From Parcubacteria group bacterium GW2011_GWB1_40_14 (GTDB lineage Bacteria > Patescibacteriota > Minisyncoccia > Terrybacterales > GWB1-40-14), in contig LBYG01000001.1 of NCBI GenBank assembly GCA_000996085.1, positions 651 through 64,650 of the forward strand: 64,000 nt of DNA, given 5' to 3'. Shown here in pieces: positions 50,003 through 60,681 of the stretch. Position 1 is the stretch's first letter; the number at the start of each line of letters is the position of its first letter. Position numbers and translations under genes: made by a program. The notes under the pieces were generated by a model. It had not been told where the DNA came from and searched no databases. It worked only from the letters and a program-made list of their open reading frames with translations.

Positions 50003-50389
50003 TCAATAGCAACTTTTTGCCATGGTATATCCTACAGATTCAGCCTCTTCTTTGGTGCCAAACCATATCATATTTTCTTCTGCTATCCTAAATGCACCGG
50101 GGCATTCCAGAGGGTAATACTTTTCTCCGCTTTTGGACGCTACATAGGCTTCTTGAGCCTGTTTTTGGCCATTTTTGGGGGCATTAATGACCGAATTATC
50201 CCCCGTTTTAAGGGCTTCTTGAGGAATATTTTTTATAGTTAATTTGTCTTTTTTGGGTTCTGTAAGAATTAAATAACTATATAAAACAATATTTGCTATA
50301 GCTAAAGTGCTTAAAATAGCGATCCAAAAATTTTTACTGATATTAAATTTTTGATTAAGATTTAAATCTCTCATAATTACGTCGCACAA
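50003..50389 (-). CDS. membrane-anchored protein with Ada-type metal-binding domain
   Basis: C-terminal 'YYPLECPGAFRIAEENMIWFGTKEEAESVGYTMAKSCY' resembles the Ada Zn-binding domain. N-terminal TM. Confidence 0.5.
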   Translation of the reverse strand: MCDVIMRDLNLNQKFNISKNFWIAILSTLAIANIVLYSYLILTEPKKDKLTIKNIPQEALKTGDNSVINAPKNGQKQAQEAYVASKSGEKYYPLECPGAFRIAEENMIWFGTKEEAESVGYTMAKSCY

Positions 50390-50491
50390 TATATTCTATG
50401 TTTTGTTCAACTATGAATATCTCATTTACAGGTTGACATACATTCTTAGTTCTTATAAAATCCCTAGGTAATTTATTAAGTATTTTAAGTT

Positions 50492-50764
50492 ATGTCAAAG
50501 ACAAAAGCCTCAGGTTCTACAAAGCTTGGTCGAGATTCTATATCTAAAAGACTAGGCATAAAGTTGTTTGCCGGAGAAAAAGCAAAAACCGGCTCTATTT
50601 TGGTTCGCCAACGAGGCACTAAATTTTTGCCCGGGAAAAACGTTAAGCGTGCCGATGACGATACTTTGTTTGCGCTTTCAGCAGGTACGGTTAAATTCAA
50701 AACAATAAAAAAGAAAAGATTTGATGGAAGAATGCGATTAACAAGCGTTGTAAGCGTTGAATAA
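50492..50764 (+). CDS. rpmA: 50S ribosomal protein L27
   Basis: '[38 protein letters not shown]' matches L27. No rplU (L21) immediately upstream. Confidence 0.9.
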   Translation: MSKTKASGSTKLGRDSISKRLGIKLFAGEKAKTGSILVRQRGTKFLPGKNVKRADDDTLFALSAGTVKFKTIKKKRFDGRMRLTSVVSVE

Positions 50765-50782
50765 AAATATTACTTTTATATA

Positions 50783-50812
50783 AAACACTCCGTCTTAAAG
50801 CGGAGTGTTTTG
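50783..50812. terminator. bidirectional terminator (aacactccg-tcttaaag-cggagtgtt)
   Basis: Perfect 9-bp stem flanked by A-run and T-run, between convergent rpmA and rplI. Confidence 0.7.
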
Positions 50813-50824
50813 ATTTATAACTCA

Positions 50825-51286
50825 TTATTCTTTTATTTCTTGAGGCAACTCTTCAACTATAACCTTAATATTTGCTTCAAGGCCGTGGTCAAAAGAAAGC
50901 AAAACTGTATATTCCCCCACTGCATCCAAAGCTTTTTCCAGCTTAATTTGTCGGGATGGAACTTTAAACCCTTGGACAGCTAAAGCTTCACTTATAATTT
51001 TAGGCGTGATACCGGCATACAAAGTTCCGTTTTCGTTTGCTTTTGCGGGTATAATAACCTCGTAATCAGCTAGCGCACCGGCTAATTCCTGAACTTTTGA
51101 AAGGTCTTGCTCAGCAAGTTTAGACAAATCCTCTTTTCTCTTGTTTGCGTCAGCGACAGCGTCGACTGTAGCAAGAACGGCAAAACCTTTAGGGATTAAA
51201 AAATTACGGGCGTAACCATCAGCAACGCTTTTGATATCCCATTGTTCGCCTAGATTATCCACTTGTTTTAGTAATATTACTTTCAT
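50825..51286 (-). CDS. rplI: 50S ribosomal protein L9
   Basis: '[37 protein letters not shown]' matches the L9 N-domain. Confidence 0.85.
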   Translation of the reverse strand: MKVILLKQVDNLGEQWDIKSVADGYARNFLIPKGFAVLATVDAVADANKRKEDLSKLAEQDLSKVQELAGALADYEVIIPAKANENGTLYAGITPKIISEALAVQGFKVPSRQIKLEKALDAVGEYTVLLSFDHGLEANIKVIVEELPQEIKE

Positions 51287-51298
51287 ACCAATAATATT

Positions 51299-51568
51299 TT
51301 ATTTTTCCGCCTGAGACCGATCGGTTTTAGGCAGAGAGTTTAACCATGTTACCTCAACGTTTATTACTTTGGCAAGAGGCGGGCCGCCGTTGCACCAGGA
51401 AATAAATTTTTCTATATTTATCCCCTCTCCCCCGACAATAAATTGTACTGTTCCGTCAGATTTATTTTTCGTTATACATTTTAAACCAAATCGTTGAGCC
51501 AATGAAAGTCCGCTAACCCTAAAAAATACTCCTTGTACCTTCCCGGAAATTAGAATAGATGCGCGCAC
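51299..51568 (-). CDS. acyP: acylphosphatase
   Basis: 'ISGKVQGVFFR' signature 1 and 'TKNKSDGTVQFIVGGE' signature 2. Confidence 0.8.
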   Translation of the reverse strand: MRASILISGKVQGVFFRVSGLSLAQRFGLKCITKNKSDGTVQFIVGGEGINIEKFISWCNGGPPLAKVINVEVTWLNSLPKTDRSQAEK

Positions 51569-51574
51569 ATTATA

Positions 51575-52792
51575 TTAATTATTGTTTATGCGTTGCAGTA
51601 AAATCTCTTTTGCTTTTTCGTATTGAGCATCTTTTTGTGTATTTTCTGATGTTTCTGTTGCGGTAATTTCTACCGTAGGTTTAATACCCTCGTTGTTTAT
51701 CGAGATTCCATTTGGTGTAAGCCAATGCGCAACAGTAATTTTTACCGCAGAACCATCAGATATTGATTCAAGGCTTTGTACCGAACCCTTACCAAATGTT
51801 TTTTGACCCACCAAAGGAATGTTTAGGTTCTCAGATAAAGCACCGGCAAGAATTTCAGAAGCTGATGCCGAACCCTCATTTATCAGAATAATGAGCGGGA
51901 TATCCTTAAGCCATCCATTTCCTTCCGAACGCAAAATTGTACGGCTTTTATCTTTAGTTTCTTCCATAACAACAGCGGTTTCTCTGGGCAAGAACCAACC
52001 GGCAATATCTACAGCTCTGTCCAAATAGCCCCCGGGATTATTTCTAAGATCCAAAATTATGCCGGATGGTTTTTGCAGAAGTATATCTTTTGCGGCTTTT
52101 TCAAATTCCTGGTCGGAACGTTGAGAAAAATTAAACAGTTGCAGATAAGCTATATTATTATCTCTCATTTCCCAACTAAGTGAGGGTATTGTTATTTGAT
52201 CTCTTATAATTTCGATTATGAAAGGTTCGCCTTCATCTCTGATAATCAAAAGTTTAACAGGGGTATTTCTTGGTCCGCGTATTTTAGATACCGCCTGATC
52301 TAAGGTTAGATTTGCGGTAGAGATCTCGTCTATTTGTAAAATTATATCCCCCGCTTTTAATCCGGCGCGCTGGGCCGGCGTTCCTTGTATCGGCGCAATA
52401 ATAATAATATTTCCTTTACGCATTCCGATTTCTGCGCCTATGCCTTCAAAAGAACCTTCTGTATCGGAAAGAAAAAGCTTAGCTTCTTCAGGATCAAAAA
52501 AACTGGTGTACGGATCCCCTATTGAACTTACCATACCTCTTATCGCACCAAATAAAGCTTTTTCAGAATCCAATGCCGATGGATCTATGTATTCGTCGTT
52601 TAATAATTGCCATACTTTATCCAAACGAGAATGATTTAACGTGGTTACTGTTTTATTGCTTAAATTAGATGAGGCAATATAAGTTTGAATCGGCTGCCAA
52701 GAATATTCAAAAGCCATCCCAAGAACAATGGCGGATATAAAAAGAATGCTTTTTAGAAAAAACTTTTTTGAATATTTGAGTAATATTTTCAT
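51575..52792 (-). CDS. ctpA: S41-family carboxyl-terminal processing protease with PDZ domain
   Basis: PDZ 'GIGAEIGM...AGLKAGDIIL', catalytic region 'LDLRNNPGGYL' and downstream Ser/Lys. N-terminal TM. Confidence 0.85.
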   Translation of the reverse strand: MKILLKYSKKFFLKSILFISAIVLGMAFEYSWQPIQTYIASSNLSNKTVTTLNHSRLDKVWQLLNDEYIDPSALDSEKALFGAIRGMVSSIGDPYTSFFDPEEAKLFLSDTEGSFEGIGAEIGMRKGNIIIIAPIQGTPAQRAGLKAGDIILQIDEISTANLTLDQAVSKIRGPRNTPVKLLIIRDEGEPFIIEIIRDQITIPSLSWEMRDNNIAYLQLFNFSQRSDQEFEKAAKDILLQKPSGIILDLRNNPGGYLDRAVDIAGWFLPRETAVVMEETKDKSRTILRSEGNGWLKDIPLIILINEGSASASEILAGALSENLNIPLVGQKTFGKGSVQSLESISDGSAVKITVAHWLTPNGISINNEGIKPTVEITATETSENTQKDAQYEKAKEILLQRINNN

Positions 52793-52819
52793 TAATTAAA
52801 ATCTAATACTATTATTTTC

Positions 52820-53671
52820 TTAAAGTTTTGCCGATGGAACCGGTTTATTTTTGTACTTACGAAAATATTTATACGCGCTTGCCGCATGGATTCGGGTTTG
52901 CTTGTTATTAATAATATCTAGAATTCCCCTGCCGGTATGGCTGGCTTTCTGGTGGTAATGATAGGCCAATGCTTGAGGAAGATAAACTACAGCAAAACCA
53001 TTTTCCCAAAACCTTCTGCACCAGTCAACATCCTCAAAATACATGAAAAACCTTTCATCCATAAGACCTACTTTATTCATGGCAGAGCGTTTCACACAAA
53101 GAGCTGAACCCATTAACCAGTCAGCGGCTAGGGGTTTATTATAATTTGCAGCCAATTCATCTTCCATTAAAAATTTACGTATAGCTTCTGCGCCAAAAGT
53201 TGTTTTAGCAAGGAACGTTCTACGTGCCATTACCGTAAAGGGTTTATAAAATTTGAAACATGAGTGTTGATGGGTTCCGTTAAAATTTAATAATTTAGGA
53301 CCGACTAACCCTACTTTTTCGTTGTTTTTAAGATATTCAATAAGAGTTTTTGCGGTATCCTTGAGCAAAACTATATCCGCATTTAAAATAAGCACATAAT
53401 CGCTTTGACTATTTTTAATGCCTGAGTTAACTAAACGGGCATATCCCACGTTATCTTTAAAAGCATGATGTTTAACTTCAGGGAACTCATCAGCCAACAT
53501 TTCTATGGTTTCGTGCTGAGCTTCTGCGTCGCTAACAATAATTTCATAGTTTATTTCCTTGCAGGTTTCTTTGATAGATCGAAGAGCCAATTTTAGTAAA
53601 TGTGGTGTTTTATAGTGTGTAATTATTATCGAAAGAACTTTGAGCATTGTATTAATTTTTGTTAAATACAA
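52820..53671 (-). CDS. family 2 glycosyltransferase
   Basis: 'LSIIITHYKTP', 'DAEAQ...', 'LNADIV' GT-A blocks. Confidence 0.75.
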   Translation of the reverse strand: MYLTKINTMLKVLSIIITHYKTPHLLKLALRSIKETCKEINYEIIVSDAEAQHETIEMLADEFPEVKHHAFKDNVGYARLVNSGIKNSQSDYVLILNADIVLLKDTAKTLIEYLKNNEKVGLVGPKLLNFNGTHQHSCFKFYKPFTVMARRTFLAKTTFGAEAIRKFLMEDELAANYNKPLAADWLMGSALCVKRSAMNKVGLMDERFFMYFEDVDWCRRFWENGFAVVYLPQALAYHYHQKASHTGRGILDIINNKQTRIHAASAYKYFRKYKNKPVPSAKL

Positions 53672-53680
53672 ATAATTAAT

Positions 53681-54736
53681 TTATTCTGTAAAAATATTTC
53701 TGACAAAATCGTGCACATCCGAAAAATCTCCTTTAGTCGGCAATAGAATATAGGCGCCTTCTGTCGAATATGTAGAAAAAAGTAATCCGCCGGAAGTATC
53801 CAGCACTTTAAGATTAGGTTTTGAATTTTCAATTTTTTTAACAACTGAAAATAACTTTGTAATTTCACTGACAGTAAGGTCTGTTTTTACATTTCGACCA
53901 AGAATATCTAATAATTTAAAAGCTTTTTGTGGGCTTGCCGATAAACCCATAGATTCAGCTTTTTGTCTTATGGCAAGTATAATTTCCTGTTGTCTTCGCG
54001 CGCGATCAAAATCAGAAGTAGTAAATCTTGAACGGGCATACAATAATGCCGTATCGCCGTCCATGTGGTGTACTCCTGGTTCAAACGAAAAATTTATACC
54101 CCCCCATTGTAAATTTTCACTAAATTTTTTTGTTACATTCACATCGATTCCGCCCATTAAATCCACCGTCTCCTTAAAAGCAGTAAAATCAACAACAATA
54201 GCGTAATCTATATTTACACCCGCAACCTCAGAAACAGCAAGTTTTGCAAGGGCAATACCGCCACCGTTGCGTTGTTTTTGTTCTCCCACCTCATATGCTT
54301 CATTTATTTTTGCAGAAATATTTACTATCGGAAATTTAAGATATGTATCTCTCGGGATAGAAATAAGGGCAGTTTCGTAAGTTTTTGTGTCTATACTGGC
54401 TAAAATAATAGTATCGGTTAGTTTCCCTCCGTAAGGGTCTTCATCGCCACGAATACCAAGTATCAAAATATCTAATCTATTACGTTCTGCCGGGTCAGCC
54501 ACAGGAAATTTTGCCGCCGAAATACCGAGAAAAGATGTTATTTGTTGGGAAACTATACTGAAAGTTGAACTGGCTTTAAAAACAAAAACGAAGAATATAA
54601 CGGCAAGTATTATTATAAAACTAGCAAAAAACAAAAACATCATTTTAAGTAAAGATTTTTCTTTACGTTTTGCAGATAGCGGTGAGGTGTTTATATCCGA
54701 TTTAAATTCTTTATTTTTATCAAATAAATCTTTCAT
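53681..54736 (-). CDS. LytR-CpsA-Psr (LCP) family protein
   Basis: N-terminal TM. 'ILILGIRGDEDPYGGKLTDTIILASID...ISIPRDTY' LCP core. Confidence 0.8.
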   Translation of the reverse strand: MKDLFDKNKEFKSDINTSPLSAKRKEKSLLKMMFLFFASFIIILAVIFFVFVFKASSTFSIVSQQITSFLGISAAKFPVADPAERNRLDILILGIRGDEDPYGGKLTDTIILASIDTKTYETALISIPRDTYLKFPIVNISAKINEAYEVGEQKQRNGGGIALAKLAVSEVAGVNIDYAIVVDFTAFKETVDLMGGIDVNVTKKFSENLQWGGINFSFEPGVHHMDGDTALLYARSRFTTSDFDRARRQQEIILAIRQKAESMGLSASPQKAFKLLDILGRNVKTDLTVSEITKLFSVVKKIENSKPNLKVLDTSGGLLFSTYSTEGAYILLPTKGDFSDVHDFVRNIFTE

Positions 54737-54740
54737 ATTT

Positions 54741-55796
54741 CTAAGATTTAAACCAAAAACTTATATCCTGAGAGTTTTTAATTCGTTTGTGTGTCATTAT
54801 ATAAGAACGTTTATGGATCGCATTCGGCAGTTGTTTTAAAAGCACAAAAAAACTTTTGGAATTTTTTGTTTCGAATAAAATAATATATCCAATAGATAAG
54901 ATTTCTTTAATTAAAATAACGGGTAGGTCTTTTAAAAACAGGACTGGCAACTCATTTTTTATCTGCATTAAGCGTTGGTTTTTCCATGAATAAAACTTTG
55001 ACCATGAAGGTATTTTTCTTCGTTCCCGTATTACCGCCATCATGTTTTTTGCGGCAGATTCCCCCGCTCCTCTGGCATGCCACGCCTTTGCTGAAGGCAC
55101 AAAAATACTTTGCCAGCCGAATAAAATAAACCGCCAGGCCAGATCAACATCTTCTTTGTACATAAAAAAATCTTCATCGAAATATTCAAATTTATTTTTA
55201 CCAATCGGGATTTTAATATCTTCCAACGCCTTTTTACTATAAACCGGCAAAGCTCCGTCAACTCCAAAAATAACCCTCATGTTGTTATATTGCCCGTTGT
55301 CTTTCTCGCCTTGACCGCGGCTAATTATCCGTCTATTTTTAAGCATCTCCAGTCCGCAAGAATCTAAAATATCGGTTTTATCAAAATTTGAACCAAGCCT
55401 AAAAAGTTTTCCTTGGATTGCGGCTATTTTTTCATCCTGTTTTTCAAATTCAATCACAACATTTTGTACAAAATTTTCGTCCATTATAATATCTTGATTC
55501 AACAGACATACATATTTACCGTTCGCCTGACTTATCCCTATATTATGCGCCGCCGCAAAGCCCAGATTGGTTGGGTTTTCTATCACTTTAAGGTTGGTAT
55601 GTTCTTGCGCTGTTTTTTTTAACCATTCTTTTGAGCCGTCAACAGATGCATTATCCAAAGCTATTATTTCAATATTACCGTAAGTTTGAGCAAATAAAGA
55701 AGAAAAACAGCGTTCTAACCAGCGCAATCCGTTATAGGTTACTATATTCACCGAAACAAGAGGTGTTTTATCCATGTTTTTGAACCAGTTTTTCAA
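54741..55796 (-). CDS. family 2 glycosyltransferase
   Basis: 'VSVNIVTYNG', 'ALDNASVDGS', 'LLNQDI' GT-A motifs. Confidence 0.75.
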   Translation of the reverse strand: MKNWFKNMDKTPLVSVNIVTYNGLRWLERCFSSLFAQTYGNIEIIALDNASVDGSKEWLKKTAQEHTNLKVIENPTNLGFAAAHNIGISQANGKYVCLLNQDIIMDENFVQNVVIEFEKQDEKIAAIQGKLFRLGSNFDKTDILDSCGLEMLKNRRIISRGQGEKDNGQYNNMRVIFGVDGALPVYSKKALEDIKIPIGKNKFEYFDEDFFMYKEDVDLAWRFILFGWQSIFVPSAKAWHARGAGESAAKNMMAVIRERRKIPSWSKFYSWKNQRLMQIKNELPVLFLKDLPVILIKEILSIGYIILFETKNSKSFFVLLKQLPNAIHKRSYIMTHKRIKNSQDISFWFKS

Positions 55797-57561
55797 TAAA
55801 AAGACCCGAGAACGTCCCGAGTATTGATGCGAATAATAACAAAACTTTGTCGTTGATTAAAACAACATCAAAAAAATTATATAACGCGATCCATATAAAG
55901 TAAATACCAAATATCGCCCCCAAAATCCTGTTATCTGAAGTATTAAAAAGTTTATTAGCGTAAAGAATAAGCAACGCAAAAAATCCGACTATCAATCCGC
56001 CGCCAACAAGACCTGTTTCTGCAGCAAAATCCAGATATAAATTATGTGCCGAAGCCCCTCGTTTTGATGCATCTATATTTTCATCTAAAACCTTAGCGTA
56101 ATTACCTATACCAACGCCCAATAACGGATACTTCAAAATTGAACTTGCGGTGATCTTCCATATATCAATTCTGGCCTTATTGGACTCCTCTGTAATATCC
56201 AGTATAGATGAAGCTCTAGCTAAAAGGAGCGTCTCATCTTCAGAATTAACTCCTTTTCCATGCGCGTGCGCGATAATGGCAGAAGAAACAGGCAAAAGCA
56301 ACAAGAACATAAACAAAGGCAAAAGCATTGTTTTGGGTAGAAGAAAATTTCCAAAAATTTTAAACCTGACCGCTAAAAGAAAAGACAGCAAAAGTATTAT
56401 CCCGGCCGCGCACAAAGCAGTAATTATAATCCATAAACTATAAGGGAATTGATATGCTTTTACTACGATATCGGTACATAAAAATGGCGTTGGATTACAT
56501 GCGCCAAAAGCAACGCTTAACGCTAATTTATTTAAAATAAAGTAAATAAATAAAATACAAACGGTAAACGAAAGAAGAAAAACTCCAAAAAATTGTTTGG
56601 TCCTGTGAAAACGGTTATTTGTAAGTAAATAAACCAACATTACGGCAAAAATAAGCGGCAGAACAGCTAACCATAAACCCCGTGTTCCGGAAAGATAGAT
56701 ATTTAAAGATAAAATTCCCCAAAAAATCAAAAAAACAAATCTGTTTTTATTCTCACGTAATTTAAACAATATTAATGCGGCACAGGCCGACAACAAGGAA
56801 AACAGTCCGAAAGAATGTGAATCCGGAAAAACAGAAAACAATCTAAGCGTCGGCGGAGAGGCCGGATAATAGGAAAACCAAGTATTGCTTTTTTCCAACA
56901 GAACCGCTAAAGAATTTCCGTAAAAAATAGGGATCACCCACTGAACCCAATGTTTCCAAAACTCAAAAAGAGATGTGAATTGAATGCTTATAAACTGAAT
57001 AAATCCCACAAATACCGAGATTAAGCCCGCGCCAAGTATACTGAAAAATATTAAAGAACGCGTTTCTTTCTTCACCGTCAAAGATCTTATAACTATATAT
57101 AAAGGAAATACGTTCCCTAAAAATATAATTTTTCGCAGACCAAAGCCCGGACTTTCTGCAACAAAAAGTGAAGCTATGGCAACGAACATAAAAATTATGA
57201 TGCACCACTCAAAGTTTAAAATTTTACCGATTATTTCTTTTGTTTCTTTGAGACTAAAAAAGGCCAGGTTGATTTTTTGTTTAATTAGCCACATTACAAA
57301 TAAATAAAAGATTATTATCCGCCAAGCGGCAAAATTATCAAAATTTTGGTTTATAGGCAGAGCAATAAAAAGCGGTATAGAAAAAATAAAAAAAGTTAAA
57401 CCTTCTTCAATGGGCAAAAAAGTTAGTATTAGAACAACTCCTCCAAAAATCAAAAAAGACGCTTCGCGATCTAAAGCACCTGTATATATAGCAAATACAG
57501 CCAGGCATTCGATAGCAACAAATAAAAACACACGTTTTAATTTTATTAACGGAAAATCCAT
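55768..57561 (-). CDS. O-antigen-ligase/Wzy-like polytopic membrane protein
   Basis: 597 aa with ~12 or more TM helices and a large loop containing 'GTRGLW'-type motifs, similar to Wzy_C/O-antigen ligase proteins. Within a glycosyltransferase cluster. Confidence 0.5.
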   Translation of the reverse strand: MDFPLIKLKRVFLFVAIECLAVFAIYTGALDREASFLIFGGVVLILTFLPIEEGLTFFIFSIPLFIALPINQNFDNFAAWRIIIFYLFVMWLIKQKINLAFFSLKETKEIIGKILNFEWCIIIFMFVAIASLFVAESPGFGLRKIIFLGNVFPLYIVIRSLTVKKETRSLIFFSILGAGLISVFVGFIQFISIQFTSLFEFWKHWVQWVIPIFYGNSLAVLLEKSNTWFSYYPASPPTLRLFSVFPDSHSFGLFSLLSACAALILFKLRENKNRFVFLIFWGILSLNIYLSGTRGLWLAVLPLIFAVMLVYLLTNNRFHRTKQFFGVFLLSFTVCILFIYFILNKLALSVAFGACNPTPFLCTDIVVKAYQFPYSLWIIITALCAAGIILLLSFLLAVRFKIFGNFLLPKTMLLPLFMFLLLLPVSSAIIAHAHGKGVNSEDETLLLARASSILDITEESNKARIDIWKITASSILKYPLLGVGIGNYAKVLDENIDASKRGASAHNLYLDFAAETGLVGGGLIVGFFALLILYANKLFNTSDNRILGAIFGIYFIWIALYNFFDVVLINDKVLLLFASILGTFSGLFIEKLVQKHG

Positions 57562-58709
57562 TATAATTTTGATGAACCAATTAAAATATCAAGCGTTTGA
57601 GCTGCGCAATCTTTCCACGAAAACTTTTCAGCTTGTGTGACCGAACATGAATTAAGTTCTGACATTTTTTCATTATCGTTTATAGTTTTCTGCATTGCGT
57701 TATAAATAGAACGTATATCTGTAATGTCTTCAACAAAAATTGCGCAGTCCCCTACCACCTCAGGTAAAGATGCGGCCTTATTAGTAATTACCGGAGTTCC
57801 ACAAGCTAACGATTCAAGAGGCGGCAAACCAAAGCCTTCATATTCGGATAACCAAATAGTAGCATGAGCAGAACTATATAATCCCGGCAAGTCTTTATTT
57901 TCGATAAAATCTTTACGTATAAAAGCGTTTCGTTTTAATGCCTTGTTCAAACTTTGAGCTAAACCGCTAAGTTCATTATGTGAGCCATAACGATCTGATC
58001 CGGCAATTAAAAATTGATAATTTTTATGTTGTACGGCGATATTCATAAAAGCTTCCATACATTCACGTACGTGCCGGCGTTTGAACGCGGATCCCACAAA
58101 AAAGAAAAACTTATCTTCTATATCATAACGCAAACGAAGTTCCTGTTGTTTTTCCTGTTCTTTGACGGGTTTAAATTCTTCACCGGCCGCTTCTCTTGTT
58201 ACAAATATTTTATTTTCTTTAACTTTCCATATGCGCATTATTTCTTTTTTAACAAATTCTGACGGGGTTAATATTGCAGAAGCTTTTTTTGCGGATAATT
58301 TTGAAACCTGAGTTAATAAAATATGGTCCAGCGGACTGGGCCAAAAGTGTAACTCGGGACGCGCGGCATACACTATATCGTGCAAAGTTAAAACAAAGGG
58401 TTTTGTTAAAGTAAGAGGTGCTATATATTCAGGAAAGAACATTATATCAGGACGGTCGGTCAAAACGGCATCCGGTAATGCCTTATGCATAAAAAGAGCC
58501 GTGCTATTGCGCCCAAAAACTTTCGGCAATAGTTTTGAGGCAAAACCCTTCTCAGTAAAAGAAAAATCCTTGGGTATCTCGTTCTTAAAATACAGCAAGA
58601 ATTCGTGGTCTGATTTTTCTGCCTTCCACTCATTTAAAATTGCAGAAAGATACCGGCCAACGCCGGTACGGTTTCCTTCTAAACAATGAGAATCTATTCC
58701 AATTTTCAT
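57561..58709 (-). CDS. family 4 (GT-B) glycosyltransferase
   Basis: '[21 protein letters not shown]' EX7E-type motif. Confidence 0.8.
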   Translation of the reverse strand: MKIGIDSHCLEGNRTGVGRYLSAILNEWKAEKSDHEFLLYFKNEIPKDFSFTEKGFASKLLPKVFGRNSTALFMHKALPDAVLTDRPDIMFFPEYIAPLTLTKPFVLTLHDIVYAARPELHFWPSPLDHILLTQVSKLSAKKASAILTPSEFVKKEIMRIWKVKENKIFVTREAAGEEFKPVKEQEKQQELRLRYDIEDKFFFFVGSAFKRRHVRECMEAFMNIAVQHKNYQFLIAGSDRYGSHNELSGLAQSLNKALKRNAFIRKDFIENKDLPGLYSSAHATIWLSEYEGFGLPPLESLACGTPVITNKAASLPEVVGDCAIFVEDITDIRSIYNAMQKTINDNEKMSELNSCSVTQAEKFSWKDCAAQTLDILIGSSKL

Positions 58710-59644
58710 GCTATTTTTCCCTTTTTAACGGTCCAGACATCTATTATACCTTGGAGTACGGCCTTAGCCCAAGATCTTTTGATGGAAAATATAAGTTTAA
58801 ATATTTGCCATAAAAAACGCGGGAAAGTAAGCATATAAGCAAATAAAATTTGCGCCGGATTTCCATTCCTAAAAATAAACAGTAATCCGTTTCGCACATG
58901 GTAACGTATATAATTTGGCGAACCTTCTTTGCTGGAGGCGGCTCCTTTATGCCATATTTTTGCAGACGGAACCACCACGCAATATAAACCTTTGCGTCTG
59001 GCGCGTAAACTCCATTCAGCATCTTCATAATAAAGAAAATACTCCTCGGGCATGAAACCAATATCATCTATCAGACTAGCTTTAAACAACAAGCAGCATC
59101 CGGTTGCGTAAGCGGTTCTATTGATCTCTTCTTTTAAAAAACTTGTTTCATCTTTAAGCCCATATTTAATATGCGTGCCGCGCATGTTAATAGGATTTAT
59201 TTTCCCGCCTATAAACCAAATTTTATTTTCATTTTTATCGGCACCAAGGAATATTTTGGGGTTTGCAAAAGCAATTTTACGATCTTTTTTTATTCCGGTT
59301 ATTAGTTCGACCAAAAAATCCTTATCAACTATAGTATCGTTATTGAGCATTAAGATCCAATCAGCTTTTTTCTCCAAAGCATATTTGATCCCAAAATTAT
59401 TTCCCCCGGCAAAACCCGCATTGTGTTTATTTTTTAACAACACAACATTTTTTTGCGTGGAATGATTTTGAATATATTCGTTCAAACGTTCAACGGAATG
59501 GTTCGCTGAAGCATTATCAACCACAACGATATTCAGTTCCGTTAACGGAGGCAAAACAATTTCCGACAAAGAATCAAGACACTCGTAAGTGTCTTGCCAT
59601 CCGTTCCAATTTACAATAATAATAAAAATTTTAGAAAGCCCCAT
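58706..59644 (-). CDS. family 2 glycosyltransferase
   Basis: 'IIVNWNG', 'VVDNAS', 'LNNDTIV', 'YEDAEWSLR' motifs. Confidence 0.8.
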   Translation of the reverse strand: MGLSKIFIIIVNWNGWQDTYECLDSLSEIVLPPLTELNIVVVDNASANHSVERLNEYIQNHSTQKNVVLLKNKHNAGFAGGNNFGIKYALEKKADWILMLNNDTIVDKDFLVELITGIKKDRKIAFANPKIFLGADKNENKIWFIGGKINPINMRGTHIKYGLKDETSFLKEEINRTAYATGCCLLFKASLIDDIGFMPEEYFLYYEDAEWSLRARRKGLYCVVVPSAKIWHKGAASSKEGSPNYIRYHVRNGLLFIFRNGNPAQILFAYMLTFPRFLWQIFKLIFSIKRSWAKAVLQGIIDVWTVKKGKIA

Positions 59645-59645
59645 T

Positions 59646-60632
59646 TTATTTATACGCTTGAGTTAAAACAATACCGGGATAGTATTTTTTAAGTATATCT
59701 TCTGCTTTTGAACCTAGTGCCGCCATGCGACGAGCGCCATCGGCATCCAAACCGACGCAATGGTTAGTAGCTGAACAGGATTGGTTTTTATATATTGTTC
59801 CTGCCGGATCATCTACTCCCCCATTTAAATAAATATAGTCGGCAGTACAATATTTTCCGCCCCATACCTCACAGGCATTCTTAGTAAGTCCAGGCGCTCC
59901 GGAGGAATAAGCGGCAACAATAGGTTTATTGTTATATGTTGCAACTTGCGCATGGGTTGCCGTTACTCCTGTTACAGTATCTTTTGCGCGTAGCTCAAAA
60001 TTATATCCTTTATACCATTGGTCTGAGGGCGTATTTATTAAATGATATGGTTCACCGATTCTCTTCCCTCCTGCTTTAATATAATAGTAAGCGTATGAGC
60101 GGGCAGCTATCATGAAAGCTTTAGCGTATTCCGGCAATTCGCCGTTTGCCATTTCAGCAATTCCTTTAAGATAAGATTCTATGGGCAACTCGTTTACTAC
60201 CCAATATTTTTGTGAGGTTGCAGAATATACAATTTCTATTATTCCACGAAAAGTACTATCGTTTGTCCCATTATAAGCCAAATTTGTATAAGAATTTAAT
60301 GTAATTATACCGTTGCTGTCTTTGGGAATTATTCGTGTGGTTGTTGTGGTATCAGGAATAATATTTGTAATAATACCGGCAAGCTTATCTTCATTTACTG
60401 AATTTGTTTTAGTGATTGTATATACTGAACTTGAAGTAACTTGAACTGTTTCGCCTTGCGCAGGAGAATAAATACCTATTCTTATTTTTGGTTCTTCAGC
60501 TAAAACCGGCGCGGTAGGCGGAACAGGCGGAGGAGGAGTTGGTGGAACCGGAGTCTGTGGCGGAGTTGGAATGGATGATATCTGATTTATCGGAATTTTT
60601 GACCAGTCTATTTGACTGCTTTGAATACCCAA
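59646..60632 (-). CDS. SpoIID/LytB-domain protein with Pro-rich N-terminal linker
   Basis: 'ESYLKGIAEMANGELPEYAKAFMIAARSYAYYY' SpoIID motif. PPTPPPPVPPTAP linker. Confidence 0.7.
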   Translation of the reverse strand: MGIQSSQIDWSKIPINQISSIPTPPQTPVPPTPPPPVPPTAPVLAEEPKIRIGIYSPAQGETVQVTSSSVYTITKTNSVNEDKLAGIITNIIPDTTTTTRIIPKDSNGIITLNSYTNLAYNGTNDSTFRGIIEIVYSATSQKYWVVNELPIESYLKGIAEMANGELPEYAKAFMIAARSYAYYYIKAGGKRIGEPYHLINTPSDQWYKGYNFELRAKDTVTGVTATHAQVATYNNKPIVAAYSSGAPGLTKNACEVWGGKYCTADYIYLNGGVDDPAGTIYKNQSCSATNHCVGLDADGARRMAALGSKAEDILKKYYPGIVLTQAYK

Positions 60633-60681
60633 GTCTTTTGCGAGGGTTTCGGGATTAGAATAAGCTATTCCGGTTATTAAA

